64,000 nt of DNA from Rhodothermales bacterium. Its GTDB lineage: Bacteria > Bacteroidota > Rhodothermia > Rhodothermales > Bin80. Shown here one piece after another: positions 29,783 through 40,186 of the stretch; positions within the stretch are counted from its first letter, which is position 1, and every line of letters starts with the position of its first letter. The stretch spans positions 7,125 to 71,124 of the forward strand of contig OZ244823.1 of the NCBI GenBank assembly GCA_965220365.1, given 5' to 3'. A program made the translations under genes and the position numbers. Under the pieces are notes generated by a model, which saw nothing but the letters and a program-made list of their open reading frames with translations, did no database searches and had not been told where the DNA came from.

Positions 29783-31528
29783 ATGGAAGATTATCTCAGG
29801 GCGGCGCTTCAGCGCATATTGACAACCATGCCGTCTGTGCCGGCAGATTTTGTGCCGGAGTTGTCGGTCCCCGCAAACCCGGATCACGGCGACCTTGCCA
29901 CAAACTGTGCAATGCAGCTTGCCCGCCACTTGCGTCGCCCGCCACGGATGATTGCGGAAGAGATCGTTACCGCATTCACGGCAGATGAACATGATCCCTT
30001 TTACGTAGACTCGATCTCGGTTGCAGGAGGAGGATTTATTAATTTCAAATGCTCCAACCGATACCTGTACCGTGAGCTTGGATCCTGCCTGCACCAAGGG
30101 GTTGATTTTGGACGTTCCGATACAGGCAAAGGCAAGCACGCACTGGTAGAATTTGTCAGTGCGAACCCTACAGGACCGTTGACGGTGGGACATGGCCGGA
30201 ATGCCGTTCTGGGAGACACCCTTGCAAGCCTGCTGGAATGGGTTGGTTATCGCGTCACGCGTGAATATTACTTCAATGACGCTGGACGCCAGATGCGTGT
30301 TCTGGGTGCTTCACTGCGAAGCCGATATGAGGAGGTGACCGCCGAGGAAAACCAGCCGTTTGCAGACCTGCCCCGTGCAATCAGGCATCGGCAGAGTTAT
30401 AAATCAAAACAACTGGAGGACACGGGCGACAAGCCGATCATCGTAGCAGATTCCTTCCCTGAAGACGGTTACCTCGGTGCCTACATCACGACGATTGCCC
30501 GCGAACTGGTACAGAAACACGGAATTGGGCTGTTGGACAGTAAGAACGACGACATTTTTGAACGCGCGGCCAAATCTGCCATCTTTTCCGAAATTCGTAC
30601 CACACTTGAGCACCTCGGAGTCTCAATGGACAACTATTTCAACGAAAAAAGTCTTTATGAGACGGGTGCAGTAACCAGTACCCTGGACGCACTGCGAGCA
30701 CGTGACATGGTTTATGAGCAGGATGGTGCAACATGGTTCAAGACTTCCAGTCTCGGGAAAGAATCGGATACGGTACTGGTGAAGCAGACCGGTGAGCCAA
30801 CGTATCGCCTACCCGACATTGCCTATCACGTTGACAAGATGGAACGGGGGTTTGATCTTCTGGTCAATGTATTTGGCGCTGATCATATTGGTACGTACCC
30901 TGATATTCTGCGCGGCCTGGATGTGCTGGGATTTGACTCACGCCGCATCAAGGTGATTATCTACCAGTTTGTGACCCTGATACGCGGCGGCGAGGAAGTA
31001 AAGATGAGTACCCGCAAGGCAAATTTTATTACGCTGGATGAACTCATGGACGAAGTATCGCCCGATGTGACACGGTATTTCTTTGTCATGCGATCCGCCC
31101 AGAAGCATCTGGAATTTGATATTGACTTGGCACGGGAAGCCAGTGATAAGAACCCTGTTTTCTATCTTCAGTATGCTCATGCACGTATTTGCTCCATCCT
31201 GAAGAAAGCAGCTGACCTCAACCTTGCGCCGGATCCTAGCCCGTCTAGCCTGGATCTGCTCGTTCATGAATCCGAAATCGCTTTAATCAAGGAAATTATT
31301 CATTTTCCGAGGGCGGTGTCCAATTGTGCCGAGACATGCGAACCACATCGGCTCGCAACTTATCTGCGTGGAGTTGCAGAGGCATTTACCCAGTTTTACC
31401 ATTCGTGCCGTATTCTTGGGGAGGAAGAAAAGATTGCAACGGCACGCATGACCCTGGCGCAGGCTACCAGTATTACACTCCGTAATGGGCTCTCAATTCT
31501 GGGGATCAGCGCCCCCGAACGCATGTAG
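29783..31528 (+). CDS. argS: Arginine--tRNA ligase
   Basis: 581 aa. SANPTGPLTVGHGRN (HIGH-type block), KMSTRK (KMSKS) and a DALR anticodon-binding C-terminus. Confidence 0.95.
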   Translation: MEDYLRAALQRILTTMPSVPADFVPELSVPANPDHGDLATNCAMQLARHLRRPPRMIAEEIVTAFTADEHDPFYVDSISVAGGGFINFKCSNRYLYRELGSCLHQGVDFGRSDTGKGKHALVEFVSANPTGPLTVGHGRNAVLGDTLASLLEWVGYRVTREYYFNDAGRQMRVLGASLRSRYEEVTAEENQPFADLPRAIRHRQSYKSKQLEDTGDKPIIVADSFPEDGYLGAYITTIARELVQKHGIGLLDSKNDDIFERAAKSAIFSEIRTTLEHLGVSMDNYFNEKSLYETGAVTSTLDALRARDMVYEQDGATWFKTSSLGKESDTVLVKQTGEPTYRLPDIAYHVDKMERGFDLLVNVFGADHIGTYPDILRGLDVLGFDSRRIKVIIYQFVTLIRGGEEVKMSTRKANFITLDELMDEVSPDVTRYFFVMRSAQKHLEFDIDLAREASDKNPVFYLQYAHARICSILKKAADLNLAPDPSPSSLDLLVHESEIALIKEIIHFPRAVSNCAETCEPHRLATYLRGVAEAFTQFYHSCRILGEEEKIATARMTLAQATSITLRNGLSILGISAPERM

Positions 31529-31530
31529 AC

Positions 31531-32388
31531 ATGAAGGTTGCTTTTCAGGGAGAAATTGGTGCATTCAGTGAGGAGGCGGCGGGCCGCCTGTATCCTGGTT
31601 GCCATGTGGTTCCATTACCTGCAATGGATGATGTATTTATGGCGGTTGAATCCCAGACCGTTTCGCGAGGGATTGTTCCGATTGAGAACTCCCTCTTTGG
31701 CAGTGTTCATATCAACTACGACCTTTTGCGTGCGCACCAAGTCAGGATTGCAGGAGAAGTAAAACTTCGCATCCGCCATTTCCTGATGGCCAAGCCCGGC
31801 GCCCGGCTAGAGAACATCCAACGCGTTCTTTCTCATCCCCAGGCCCTCGGACAGTGTCAGACATTTCTGAAGGAAAAGCTTGGTTGGAGTGAGGTTGTGC
31901 CTACCTACGATACCGCAGGTGCCGCAAAACTGATCGCGGCGGAAGACAGCCTTGCAAGTGCTGCGATCGGGCCTGCACGGGCTGCTCAGGAGTATGGCCT
32001 GGAGGTTCTGGCAACCGACCTGCAAAGTCATGCACTCAATTATACACGGTTTCTGGCTTTAGCACCAGAAAATGCCGAGAGGTGCGCCTCTACGGGAGCC
32101 TCACTCAAGACCTCAATCGTGTTTGCACTAAAACAAACCATACCCGGCGCTCTTTTTAAGAGCCTCAGCGTATTTTTTCTACGTGATCTGGACCTGTACA
32201 AGGTAGAAAGCCGCCCACTGATTGGCCATCCCGGTGATTACCTGTTTTATCTGGATGTTGAGGGAGACACCGCAGATCCTGTCCTTCAGCGGGCTCTTGA
32301 ACATCTTGGCGAAATCACCACAGATCTGCGTATCCTGGGATCCTATCCCCGCGGACAGACCTGGGACGGAGACCATGTAAGCCAGTAA
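31531..32388 (+). CDS. pheA: Prephenate dehydratase
   Basis: 285 aa. GEIGAFSEEA start, IENSLFGSV, TRFL, and an ACT-like C-terminus (ESRP...YLFYLD). Confidence 0.9.
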   Translation: MKVAFQGEIGAFSEEAAGRLYPGCHVVPLPAMDDVFMAVESQTVSRGIVPIENSLFGSVHINYDLLRAHQVRIAGEVKLRIRHFLMAKPGARLENIQRVLSHPQALGQCQTFLKEKLGWSEVVPTYDTAGAAKLIAAEDSLASAAIGPARAAQEYGLEVLATDLQSHALNYTRFLALAPENAERCASTGASLKTSIVFALKQTIPGALFKSLSVFFLRDLDLYKVESRPLIGHPGDYLFYLDVEGDTADPVLQRALEHLGEITTDLRILGSYPRGQTWDGDHVSQ

Positions 32389-32427
32389 ACTTGCACAAAT
32401 TTATACCAATCATCCCCCACGAATCAA

Positions 32428-35172
32428 ATGTACCGCATCTGTTTTTCTCTATTCATGCTTTCCATGCTCTGCGTGAGCGCCTATGCTCAGAAAAGAGCTC
32501 TCGACCACGATGTATACGAAATCTGGAATAGTATCTCTGACCGGGAAATTTCACATGATGGTCAGTGGAGCTTCTACGAATACGGCCCAGAAAAGGGAGA
32601 TGGAATGCTTGAGATCCGCAGTCTCACAGACGATGAACTGTACAAGATCCCGAGGGGGAACGCAGCCCAGTTTACGCATGATTCCCGGTATGTGGTGTAT
32701 CTGATTACCCCGCCTGATGATACACTGCGCGCTGCCCGTAAAGCAGATCTTGACGAGGATGAAATGCCAAAGGATACCCTTGGTGTTCTGGACCTTGAAA
32801 CCGGGGGATCCCATTACATACCCCATGTCCGCTCTTTCGAAGTCCCGGACGACTTCACCAATGTGGTGGCATATCTCTCGGAAAAAACAGAGGCAGATTC
32901 TACTGGCAAAGGCCGCATGCTCCATATACATGATCTTGGAACCGCAAGTGCGACCAGCTTTGCACATGTTCAGGAATACCTGCTCTCTGCGAACGGTGCA
33001 CATCTGGTATACACCTTTGAGGGAAATGACTCGCTGGATACCGGACTGGTCAGAGTGGATCTTTCCTCTGGTACAGTGGACACGCTTCTCTCTGGCGGAG
33101 GAGCATATGAGCGTTTGACGTTCGATGAAGCAGGAGACCAGCTGGCGTTTCTGTCCAGTCGTGAGGGACATGCGATGGATCCCGCAGAGTATGCACTCTA
33201 TTACTGGCGGGCAGGCACGGACAGTGTTCGCGCAGTTGCTACCGCAGCCAGTGACGCTCTTGCTGAAGGCTGGTGGATCAGTCCCAACAGAGATCCGTCC
33301 TTTTCAGAGAGTGGAGATCGACTCTACTTTGGCACTGCACCAAAACCGCCGGCTGAAAAGGAAGAGGTTGACGAAGAAGAAAGCCCGGTTCTGGACATCT
33401 GGAACTGGCGAGATCCGCTTCTGCAACCCATGCAGCTGGTGAACGCGGAGCGAGAAAAAGAGCGCTCTTACCTAGCAGTCCTGCATCTGGATACAGAGCA
33501 GATCATCCAACTGGCCCACAAAGCGATGCCGGATGTATCGGTAGGATCAGACGGAGATGCAGACATTGCGATCGGCTGGTCAGACCTGCCCTACCGACAG
33601 CAGATCAGCTGGGATTCCCCCAGAGCCTACGATACCTACGTGGTCAACGTACTTGATGGCACAAGCACATTGGTCCTTGAGGGAGTCCAATATCGCCCGT
33701 CCCTCTCCCCTGATGCACAATACATTACCTGGTGGGACCGTGATAAACTAAGCTGGATAGCCCTGGCGACTGACGATAAAGAGCCGATCAATCTGACTGT
33801 TTCACTGGAGCTACCGGTGCACAATGAAATCCACGACTGGCCTTATGGCCCCAACCCATACGGCAATGCAGGCTGGAGCGCAGATGATCATGAATTCCTG
33901 TTATATGACCGCTACGATATCTGGGCGGTCAATCCCAACGATGTCTCTTCGCTGCGTAATGTAACTGGCGGTTTGGGTCGCGAGCAAAATCTACAATTCC
34001 GTTATGTCGAACTGGACCCGGATGAAGAATCCATTCCCGACCAACTCATGCTCTCAGCCTTTGATCTGGACACAAAAGCTTCTGGATTCTACCAGATGGA
34101 AATTGATTCAGATGAAAACCCGGAGGAGCTGGTTATGATGGATAAGCGTTTTGGCTTTTTGCAAAAGGCTGAGAACGCAGATCAACTGCTCTTTACACGA
34201 GAGAGTTTCATCGAATCTAGGGATCTTTGGACGAGCAGTCTGGGTCTGTCTGACATGGAGCAGGTGAGCGATGTCAACCCCCAGCAATCGGACTACAGCT
34301 GGGGCACCGCCGAGCTTGTCTATTGGACCTCCTTGGACGGAATCCCACTCACGGGGATGTTATTCAAGCCGGATGGATTTGATGCATCACAAGAATACCC
34401 GATGATGGTGTATTTCTATGAAAAGATGTCCAACGGACTACACCAGCACCGGCCGCCCGTCACTGCACGTTCTTCGATCAGCTTTTCCTTCTATGTCAGC
34501 CGTGGATATGTGGTCTTCGTACCGGACATCCCCTACAAAGTTGGCTATCCAGGAGAGAGCGCACTGAACGCCGTCGTGCCGGGCGTTACCATGCTCATCA
34601 ACCAGGGCTTTGTGGACCCAGACCGTGTTGGAGTGCAGGGACACAGCTGGGGAGGATATCAGATTGCCTATATGATCACTGAATCGGATCTATTTGCTGC
34701 TGCGGAAGCAGGTGCCCCGGTTGTCAATATGACGAGTGCCTATGGCGGAATCCGTTGGGCCAGTGGAATGAGTCGAATGTTTCAATATGAGCGCACCCAA
34801 AGCCGGATCGGAGGATCCCTTTGGGAAACCCCACTCAGGTATCTTGATAACTCGCCATTATTCCAGGCGGACAAGATCAAAACCCCGGTTCTTATGCTCC
34901 ACAATGATGATGATGGTGCTGTGCCGTGGTACCAGGGCATTGAATTTTTTGTGGCTCTGCGACGCTTACAAAAACCGGTCTGGATGCTCAATTATAACGG
35001 GGAAGGCCATGGCCTCTCAAAGTACGCCAACAAGAGAGACTTCGCTATTCGCATGCAGCAATTCTTTGATCATTATCTCATGGATGCCCCTGCTCCCGTA
35101 TGGATGACCGAAGGAGTCCCTGCGATCATGAAAGGAGAAACACTGGGGCTTGAACCTGCCGATGGCCAATAA
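32428..35172 (+). CDS. S9-family serine peptidase (prolyl oligopeptidase/dipeptidyl peptidase type) with a long N-terminal propeller region
   Basis: 914 aa with a signal peptide. C-terminal alpha/beta hydrolase with nucleophile elbow GHSWGGY, acid HNDDDGAV, and His in GEGHGL. Confidence 0.85.
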   Translation: MYRICFSLFMLSMLCVSAYAQKRALDHDVYEIWNSISDREISHDGQWSFYEYGPEKGDGMLEIRSLTDDELYKIPRGNAAQFTHDSRYVVYLITPPDDTLRAARKADLDEDEMPKDTLGVLDLETGGSHYIPHVRSFEVPDDFTNVVAYLSEKTEADSTGKGRMLHIHDLGTASATSFAHVQEYLLSANGAHLVYTFEGNDSLDTGLVRVDLSSGTVDTLLSGGGAYERLTFDEAGDQLAFLSSREGHAMDPAEYALYYWRAGTDSVRAVATAASDALAEGWWISPNRDPSFSESGDRLYFGTAPKPPAEKEEVDEEESPVLDIWNWRDPLLQPMQLVNAEREKERSYLAVLHLDTEQIIQLAHKAMPDVSVGSDGDADIAIGWSDLPYRQQISWDSPRAYDTYVVNVLDGTSTLVLEGVQYRPSLSPDAQYITWWDRDKLSWIALATDDKEPINLTVSLELPVHNEIHDWPYGPNPYGNAGWSADDHEFLLYDRYDIWAVNPNDVSSLRNVTGGLGREQNLQFRYVELDPDEESIPDQLMLSAFDLDTKASGFYQMEIDSDENPEELVMMDKRFGFLQKAENADQLLFTRESFIESRDLWTSSLGLSDMEQVSDVNPQQSDYSWGTAELVYWTSLDGIPLTGMLFKPDGFDASQEYPMMVYFYEKMSNGLHQHRPPVTARSSISFSFYVSRGYVVFVPDIPYKVGYPGESALNAVVPGVTMLINQGFVDPDRVGVQGHSWGGYQIAYMITESDLFAAAEAGAPVVNMTSAYGGIRWASGMSRMFQYERTQSRIGGSLWETPLRYLDNSPLFQADKIKTPVLMLHNDDDGAVPWYQGIEFFVALRRLQKPVWMLNYNGEGHGLSKYANKRDFAIRMQQFFDHYLMDAPAPVWMTEGVPAIMKGETLGLEPADGQ

Positions 35173-35353
35173 TAGCGGAAGGACTTCTGGTCTCTTTCGC
35201 GGATTGGTAAAGCAGAGAAATTTTCTATAGACAAACTTCTACGGCTCATGATCACCATTAGCTTCTTACAAAATCATTTTAGATGAATTAGGTCAGAAAG
35301 TTGATAGGCGTTGTATACATGGCTATCTGGTATTTCTCATCGGACAAACGACA

Positions 35354-38154
35354 ATGCGGATAGCGTGGAATGAGATTAAACGCCGTGCGGGCGAGTTCGC
35401 ACAGCGGTGGGCAGATGAAACCTACGAGAAAGGAGCAACCCAAACTTTTTACAATGAGTTTTTTGGTGTATTCGGGGTTGACCGAAAGCGTGTAGCGCTC
35501 TATGAGCATCACGTAAATCTTCTGGGCGACCGATCTGGTTTTGTTGATTTATTGTGGAAAGGTGTCCTTCTGGTTGAGCAGAAAAGTAGAGGGCGTGATC
35601 TTGTGAAAGCTTGGGATCAAGCCGTTCGGTATGCCGAGGCGCTGGATGCCCCCGACATGCCTCGCTATATCCTCGTATCCGACTTCCAGACGTTCCACCT
35701 GACTGATCTTGACACACGGAAAGAATGGAAATTCTCGCTATCTGATTTTCCTAGGCATGTGTACGATTTCGGTTTTATTATTGGCTCACAGAAGCGGGTT
35801 TTTCGGGATCAAGACCCCGTAAATATCAAGGCTGCAGAACTGGTGGGGCGTTTGCATGATATGCTTCTTGAAGAAGCGGGATATACGGGACACGATCTCG
35901 AGCAGTTGCTCGTACGAATTGTATTCTGTCTGTTCGCTGATGATACGGGGATATTTGAGCCACGAGATATTTTTCTTGTCTATCTCGAAGAGCGTACGGC
36001 AAAGGATGGATCTGACCTCGGTGCAAGACTACTGCACTTATTCAGTATCCTGGATAAACCTGTATCGCAGCGGAGCAATACACTGGATGAAGACCTGAAG
36101 CAATTCCCGTACGTCAATGGGGCACTGTTTGAGGGGCGATTGGAATTTCCAAACTTCACGGCACCGATGCGGGATGCGCTCTTGGATGCCTGCAAGTTTG
36201 ACTGGTCGAATATATCCCCCGCGATTTTCGGATCGCTGTTCCAATCTGTTATGGACGCGGCCGAACGGCGCAAGCACGGTGCACACTACACAACCGAAAA
36301 GAATATCCTCAAGGTAATTGAACCTCTATTCATGGATGATCTTCGGGAGGAGTTTGACCACATAAAAATATTGAAGCGGGGGCGCCTCACACGTTTGCGG
36401 AAATTCCAACAGAAACTCGGGTCGCTGCGCTTTTTTGACCCCGCATGTGGGTGTGGGAACTTCCTTGTTATTGCCTACCGAGAATTGCGCTTGCTTGAAC
36501 TAGACGTGCTAAAAGCAATCCATGAATCTGATGATGTGCAAGCGGGGAGGCAGCAGGATCTGGCTGCGGAGATGCTATCGGTAGTGGACGTAGATCAGTT
36601 TTTTGGGGTTGAGATCAGTGAGTTTCCGGTTCGTATTGCAGAGACTGCATTGTGGATGATGGACCATATCATGAATAATCATCTCAGCCTTGAATTCGGT
36701 GAGACCTTCACACGGATTCCACTGGAGGCCTCGCCACATATTGTTCATGGGGATGCGCTGGAAATAGACTGGTCCACGTTGCTTTCACCAGAAGACTGTT
36801 CGTTTGTATTTGGGAATCCCCCATTTGGAGGTGCGAAGTTTCAAAGTAAGGATCAGCGTGCACAGGTGCATCGGATTGCGGCATTGGGCAAAGGTGGGGG
36901 TACACTAGATTATGTTACTGCGTGGTTTATTAAAGCGGGAAAATATATCAGTGCTGGAGGGGAGGGACGAATTGGATTTGTAGCAACGAATTCGATTACA
37001 CAGGGAGAGCAGGTAGGACAGTTGTGGCCGATTCTGTTTGAGCGCTTTAAGGTTGATATTTCGTTTGCCCATCGAACCTTCGCCTGGGGGTCGGATGCGC
37101 GGGGGAAGGCACATGTACATGTGGTCATCATTGGCCTTGATCTTCAGAAACAAGCACGGACGAAGAAGCGCCTGTTCAGCTACCCCAATATCCAGGGTGA
37201 GCCGCTCGAAAGTAATCATTCCATGCTCTCCCCCTACTTGTTTGATGCCAGTGGTTTGAGGAATCCGCATATTATCGTGCACGAAGAAAGCCGTCCGATC
37301 AATGGATGGGGGAAAATGATCATCGGATCCCAGCCTATAGATAAGGGCTACTATATTTTCAATGAAAAAGAGCGGAACGAATTTTTGGAGACTGAACCTG
37401 GGGCATTTCCGTTCATGCGACCTTTTGTGGGAGCGCGCGAGTTTTTACAAGGCAAGAAGCGTTGGATCTTGGCACTGCATGACGCGTCGCCGAATGTGTT
37501 GGTAAAGCTTCCAAATGTTCGGAAACGAATTGCGGCCGTTCGCGCCTACCGGGAATCAAGTAAGCGTGTCTCTACTAAGAAGCTCGCTAAAGTCCCCAGG
37601 ATTTGGCAGGTCAATGTCATTCCTGATGCTGCTTATTTAGTGATTCCCAGAGTTAGTTCTGAACGGAGGGAGTATATGCCCATCGGATGGGTTGAGCCAC
37701 CAGTGGTTCCCAGTGATGCAGTACTCGTAATAGAGAATGCAACGCTTAGTTATTTTGCCTTGCTAACTTCGGCCATGCATATGGCATGGATGCGGGCAGT
37801 CGCTGGACGGTTGAAGAGTGATTATCGCTATTCTGTCGGGGTCGTCTATAACACGTTTCCTGTGCCGCAGCAGATGCAAATTGGACTTCACTTGATCCCT
37901 TGGCACAAGCTATACTGGATATTCGTGCAGCTTATCCAGAGGCAACGTTGTCTGATTTGTATGATCCAGATCTTATGCCGCCTGATCTTCGCCGTGCACA
38001 CCAGAAGCTCGATCGTGCCGTAGACCGACTGTATGATCCGAAGGGGTTCAAGTCCGAGGCTGATAGAGTCCGCCTCTTGTTCATGCGCTATGAACAAATA
38101 ATCACCCCGCTATTGGCGGAGGGAGAAAAGAAAAAGCGGAGACGAAATTCGTGA
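35354..38154 (+). pseudogene. MmeI-family Type IIL restriction-modification enzyme (nuclease + gamma-class N6-adenine methyltransferase + TRD), frameshifted near the C-terminus
   Basis: N-terminal MRIAWNEIKRRAGEFAQRW... and GFVDLLWKGVLLVEQKSRG (D...E-x-K nuclease). FFDPACGCGNFLV (SAM motif I) and FGNPPFGG (motif IV). Colinear with MmeI as I recall it. The frame changes between about 37864 and 37880, and the tail ...LAQAILDIRAAYPEATLSDLYDPDLMPPDLRRAHQKLDRAV continues in the ORF listed at 37900-38154. Confidence 0.8.
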
Positions 38155-38259
38155 TTTGACGCAGACCAAAGGTCACTCGCTCTGAGGATATTGTGAATAG
38201 TATCTGCGCGAACAGAAGGGAATGTAGAAAAAGACTCGATTCAAGAACATTACTTTGTT

Positions 38260-38610
38260 GGTTCTACCGGCATTGTTGTGGATAGAGTTCTGATTCCCCA
38301 TGAAGGAAGAAGATCACAGATTCAAAGTTTTCGGATCTTCTGTCCCTTTGTTTGATGGCTTTTACCGCTTGAATCTTTCCGTTGAGTTACTCGGCTCTGG
38401 TATTGGATGATTCATGACAAATTGCATAGAACACTCTCTTGACACTGATTGTGCTAGTAAACCAACAGCTTGTCAATGCGCCCGTCATCCTTGAATCATA
38501 AACTGGTTCGGGGGCAAAGCATCAACAACCGTATCACGCTCCATGCAAACCCTCAGTCGGTTCAGTAAAAAACCGAAATTTAATCATTCCATACAAATGC
38601 CGGTAGAACC
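38260..38610 (-). mobile_element. Internally deleted, non-autonomous ISL3-family derivative (351 bp)
   Basis: 15-bp perfect terminal inverted repeats ggttctaccggcatt (38260-38274) and aatgccggtagaacc (38596-38610). Flanked by the 8-bp direct repeat actttgtt (38252-38259 and 38611-38618). The minus strand of about 38275-38410 translates to SNTRAE*LNGKIQAVKAIKQRDRRSENFESVIFFLHGESELYPQ, an ISL3 transposase C-terminal remnant with a stop. Confidence 0.65.
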
Positions 38611-38913
38611 ACTTTGTTAGGTTATGCTCTATAAAATCCCTTCTTGGTCAGTGTCCAGACGCTTTCTGTTCCGTTTGTTTATGCTATCTCGTTGACAAAC
38701 TCTTTTGCCGAGTGCTTTACAGTAAAACATATGTTTTATAAATATTTTCTAAACCGTCGATGTCAGGATTATTGTCCAGAGTTTTATCAACTTTTCTATG
38801 TAGTCTCCACTTTTGGACGTTAGCGTGAACGTTCCGCATTGCGGATCCGTACCGTTATGGCATGCTGCAAGGTGATGAATAATTTGCCCGCAGGGCAGCT
38901 ATCGTACCCATCA

Positions 38914-39432
38914 TCAGCTATTCTTATTGTAATAGCTTTCCGGTAATCGCCTGGGGAGTTGGTGCCAGATGAGCTTTCCCGTTCCAGGCGCAGAACGTTC
39001 CCAATTTTCAATTGAAAGATCTACCCTGGCCATGGATGCAGTTGGAAATTCTTTCAGTGCGCAGTTCGATAGGAGTGCTGCGGTCATAGACCATGTAGGC
39101 TGGTGCCCCACTAACATGACCGTTTGGATATGGTCGGGAACCTCCTGCAGATAATGGATCAGATCTTGCGGCGCAGCGTGGTAGAGTGCCCGCTCGTACC
39201 GGACATCCGCCTGCCACACACCTGCCTCACCGGCCATCATATAGGTTGACCGGGCACGGACAGCGGTAGAACAGAGGATGAGGTCCGGCAAAGGCCCCAT
39301 CTCTGTAAGCCAACGCCCCATAGCGCGGGATGTACGCCTGCCACGTGAATTCAACGGCCGATCATGATCCTGGCCATAGGTTGCGTTCCAGTCGGACTTG
39401 CCGTGACGAAGAAACAGAACGGTCTTGGGCAT
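38914..39432 (-). CDS. sixA: Histidine phosphatase family protein (SixA-like phosphohistidine phosphatase)
   Basis: 172 aa. LFLRHGKSDW (RHG motif), DRPLNSRGRR and VGHQP blocks. Confidence 0.75.
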   Translation of the reverse strand: MPKTVLFLRHGKSDWNATYGQDHDRPLNSRGRRTSRAMGRWLTEMGPLPDLILCSTAVRARSTYMMAGEAGVWQADVRYERALYHAAPQDLIHYLQEVPDHIQTVMLVGHQPTWSMTAALLSNCALKEFPTASMARVDLSIENWERSAPGTGKLIWHQLPRRLPESYYNKNS

Positions 39433-40016
39433 TACTTATCCAATGAGTACGGTGGATATTCATCGGTGGCAAACAGGAAAGCGTAGGCAGATACACGCAG
39501 CGACCATCGTAATACGCCGCTAGAAATATCAAATATCGATTGCGGATAACGCCCCGTGAACACCATGACCACCCAACATATGGGGGTGATCAAATAAAGC
39601 AGCACTGTAACAAATAAAGAGAGTATTATTGAATGAGGAAGGACGAGTAGCCACTTTACTAAAGGCAATAACCGGCTCAAGAAAATATCTTCATCGGGAT
39701 AATCGATCTCTATAAGAACCCCACCAGTCTCACCGAACGATGGATATTCGTCGGTCAGGAGCAGTAGATATGCATCTGATCTCAAAATAAACCGATAGCA
39801 ATTCAGATTGAATGTAAACAACTGTCGGGGATAATGATCAAAAAACAGGATCGAAAAAACTGTGGCAAGACGACTCACAACTGCAACGCACATAAGAATG
39901 CAGCAGATGACTATTACTGGCAATAACAGGAGCGGGCGAAATAAGATACTCAATCGGCTCTGGCTCTCCTGATAGGGGATTTCGAGGCGTGCCGGATATT
40001 CCATAAATTCAGCCAA
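39432..40016 (-). CDS. DUF4389-family membrane protein
   Basis: 194 aa. Two repeats of the YP..L.I.YP/...TDEYP pattern with interleaved TM helices. 1-nt stop/start overlap with the sixA-like gene. Confidence 0.65.
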   Translation of the reverse strand: MAEFMEYPARLEIPYQESQSRLSILFRPLLLLPVIVICCILMCVAVVSRLATVFSILFFDHYPRQLFTFNLNCYRFILRSDAYLLLLTDEYPSFGETGGVLIEIDYPDEDIFLSRLLPLVKWLLVLPHSIILSLFVTVLLYLITPICWVVMVFTGRYPQSIFDISSGVLRWSLRVSAYAFLFATDEYPPYSLDK

Positions 40017-40186
40017 AACAATTAAGACGCACTGCTAACTCGCAGTCATTTGGTTTTGTTTTAGGGAACCTTCATAATCCTGCAATCTTCCGTGATGCGG
40101 GGCATCAATCAAAATCGCGTAGATCCTGTTTGGCTGATACAGTGACACACATTCCAAGTTGCCCATACCTGTGCTGATCCTGACCC

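Noticed and set aside
38619-38913. AT-rich 300-bp spacer after the ISL3 derivative, with a TTGACA hexamer (38691-38696) and short hairpins (ccgcattgcgg; tgcccgcagggca). I considered a promoter or small RNA gene.
   Set aside because: No matching -10 element at proper spacing, the stems are only 4-5 bp, and there is no recognisable RNA family. Most simply leftover island or terminator DNA for the convergent sixA-like gene.
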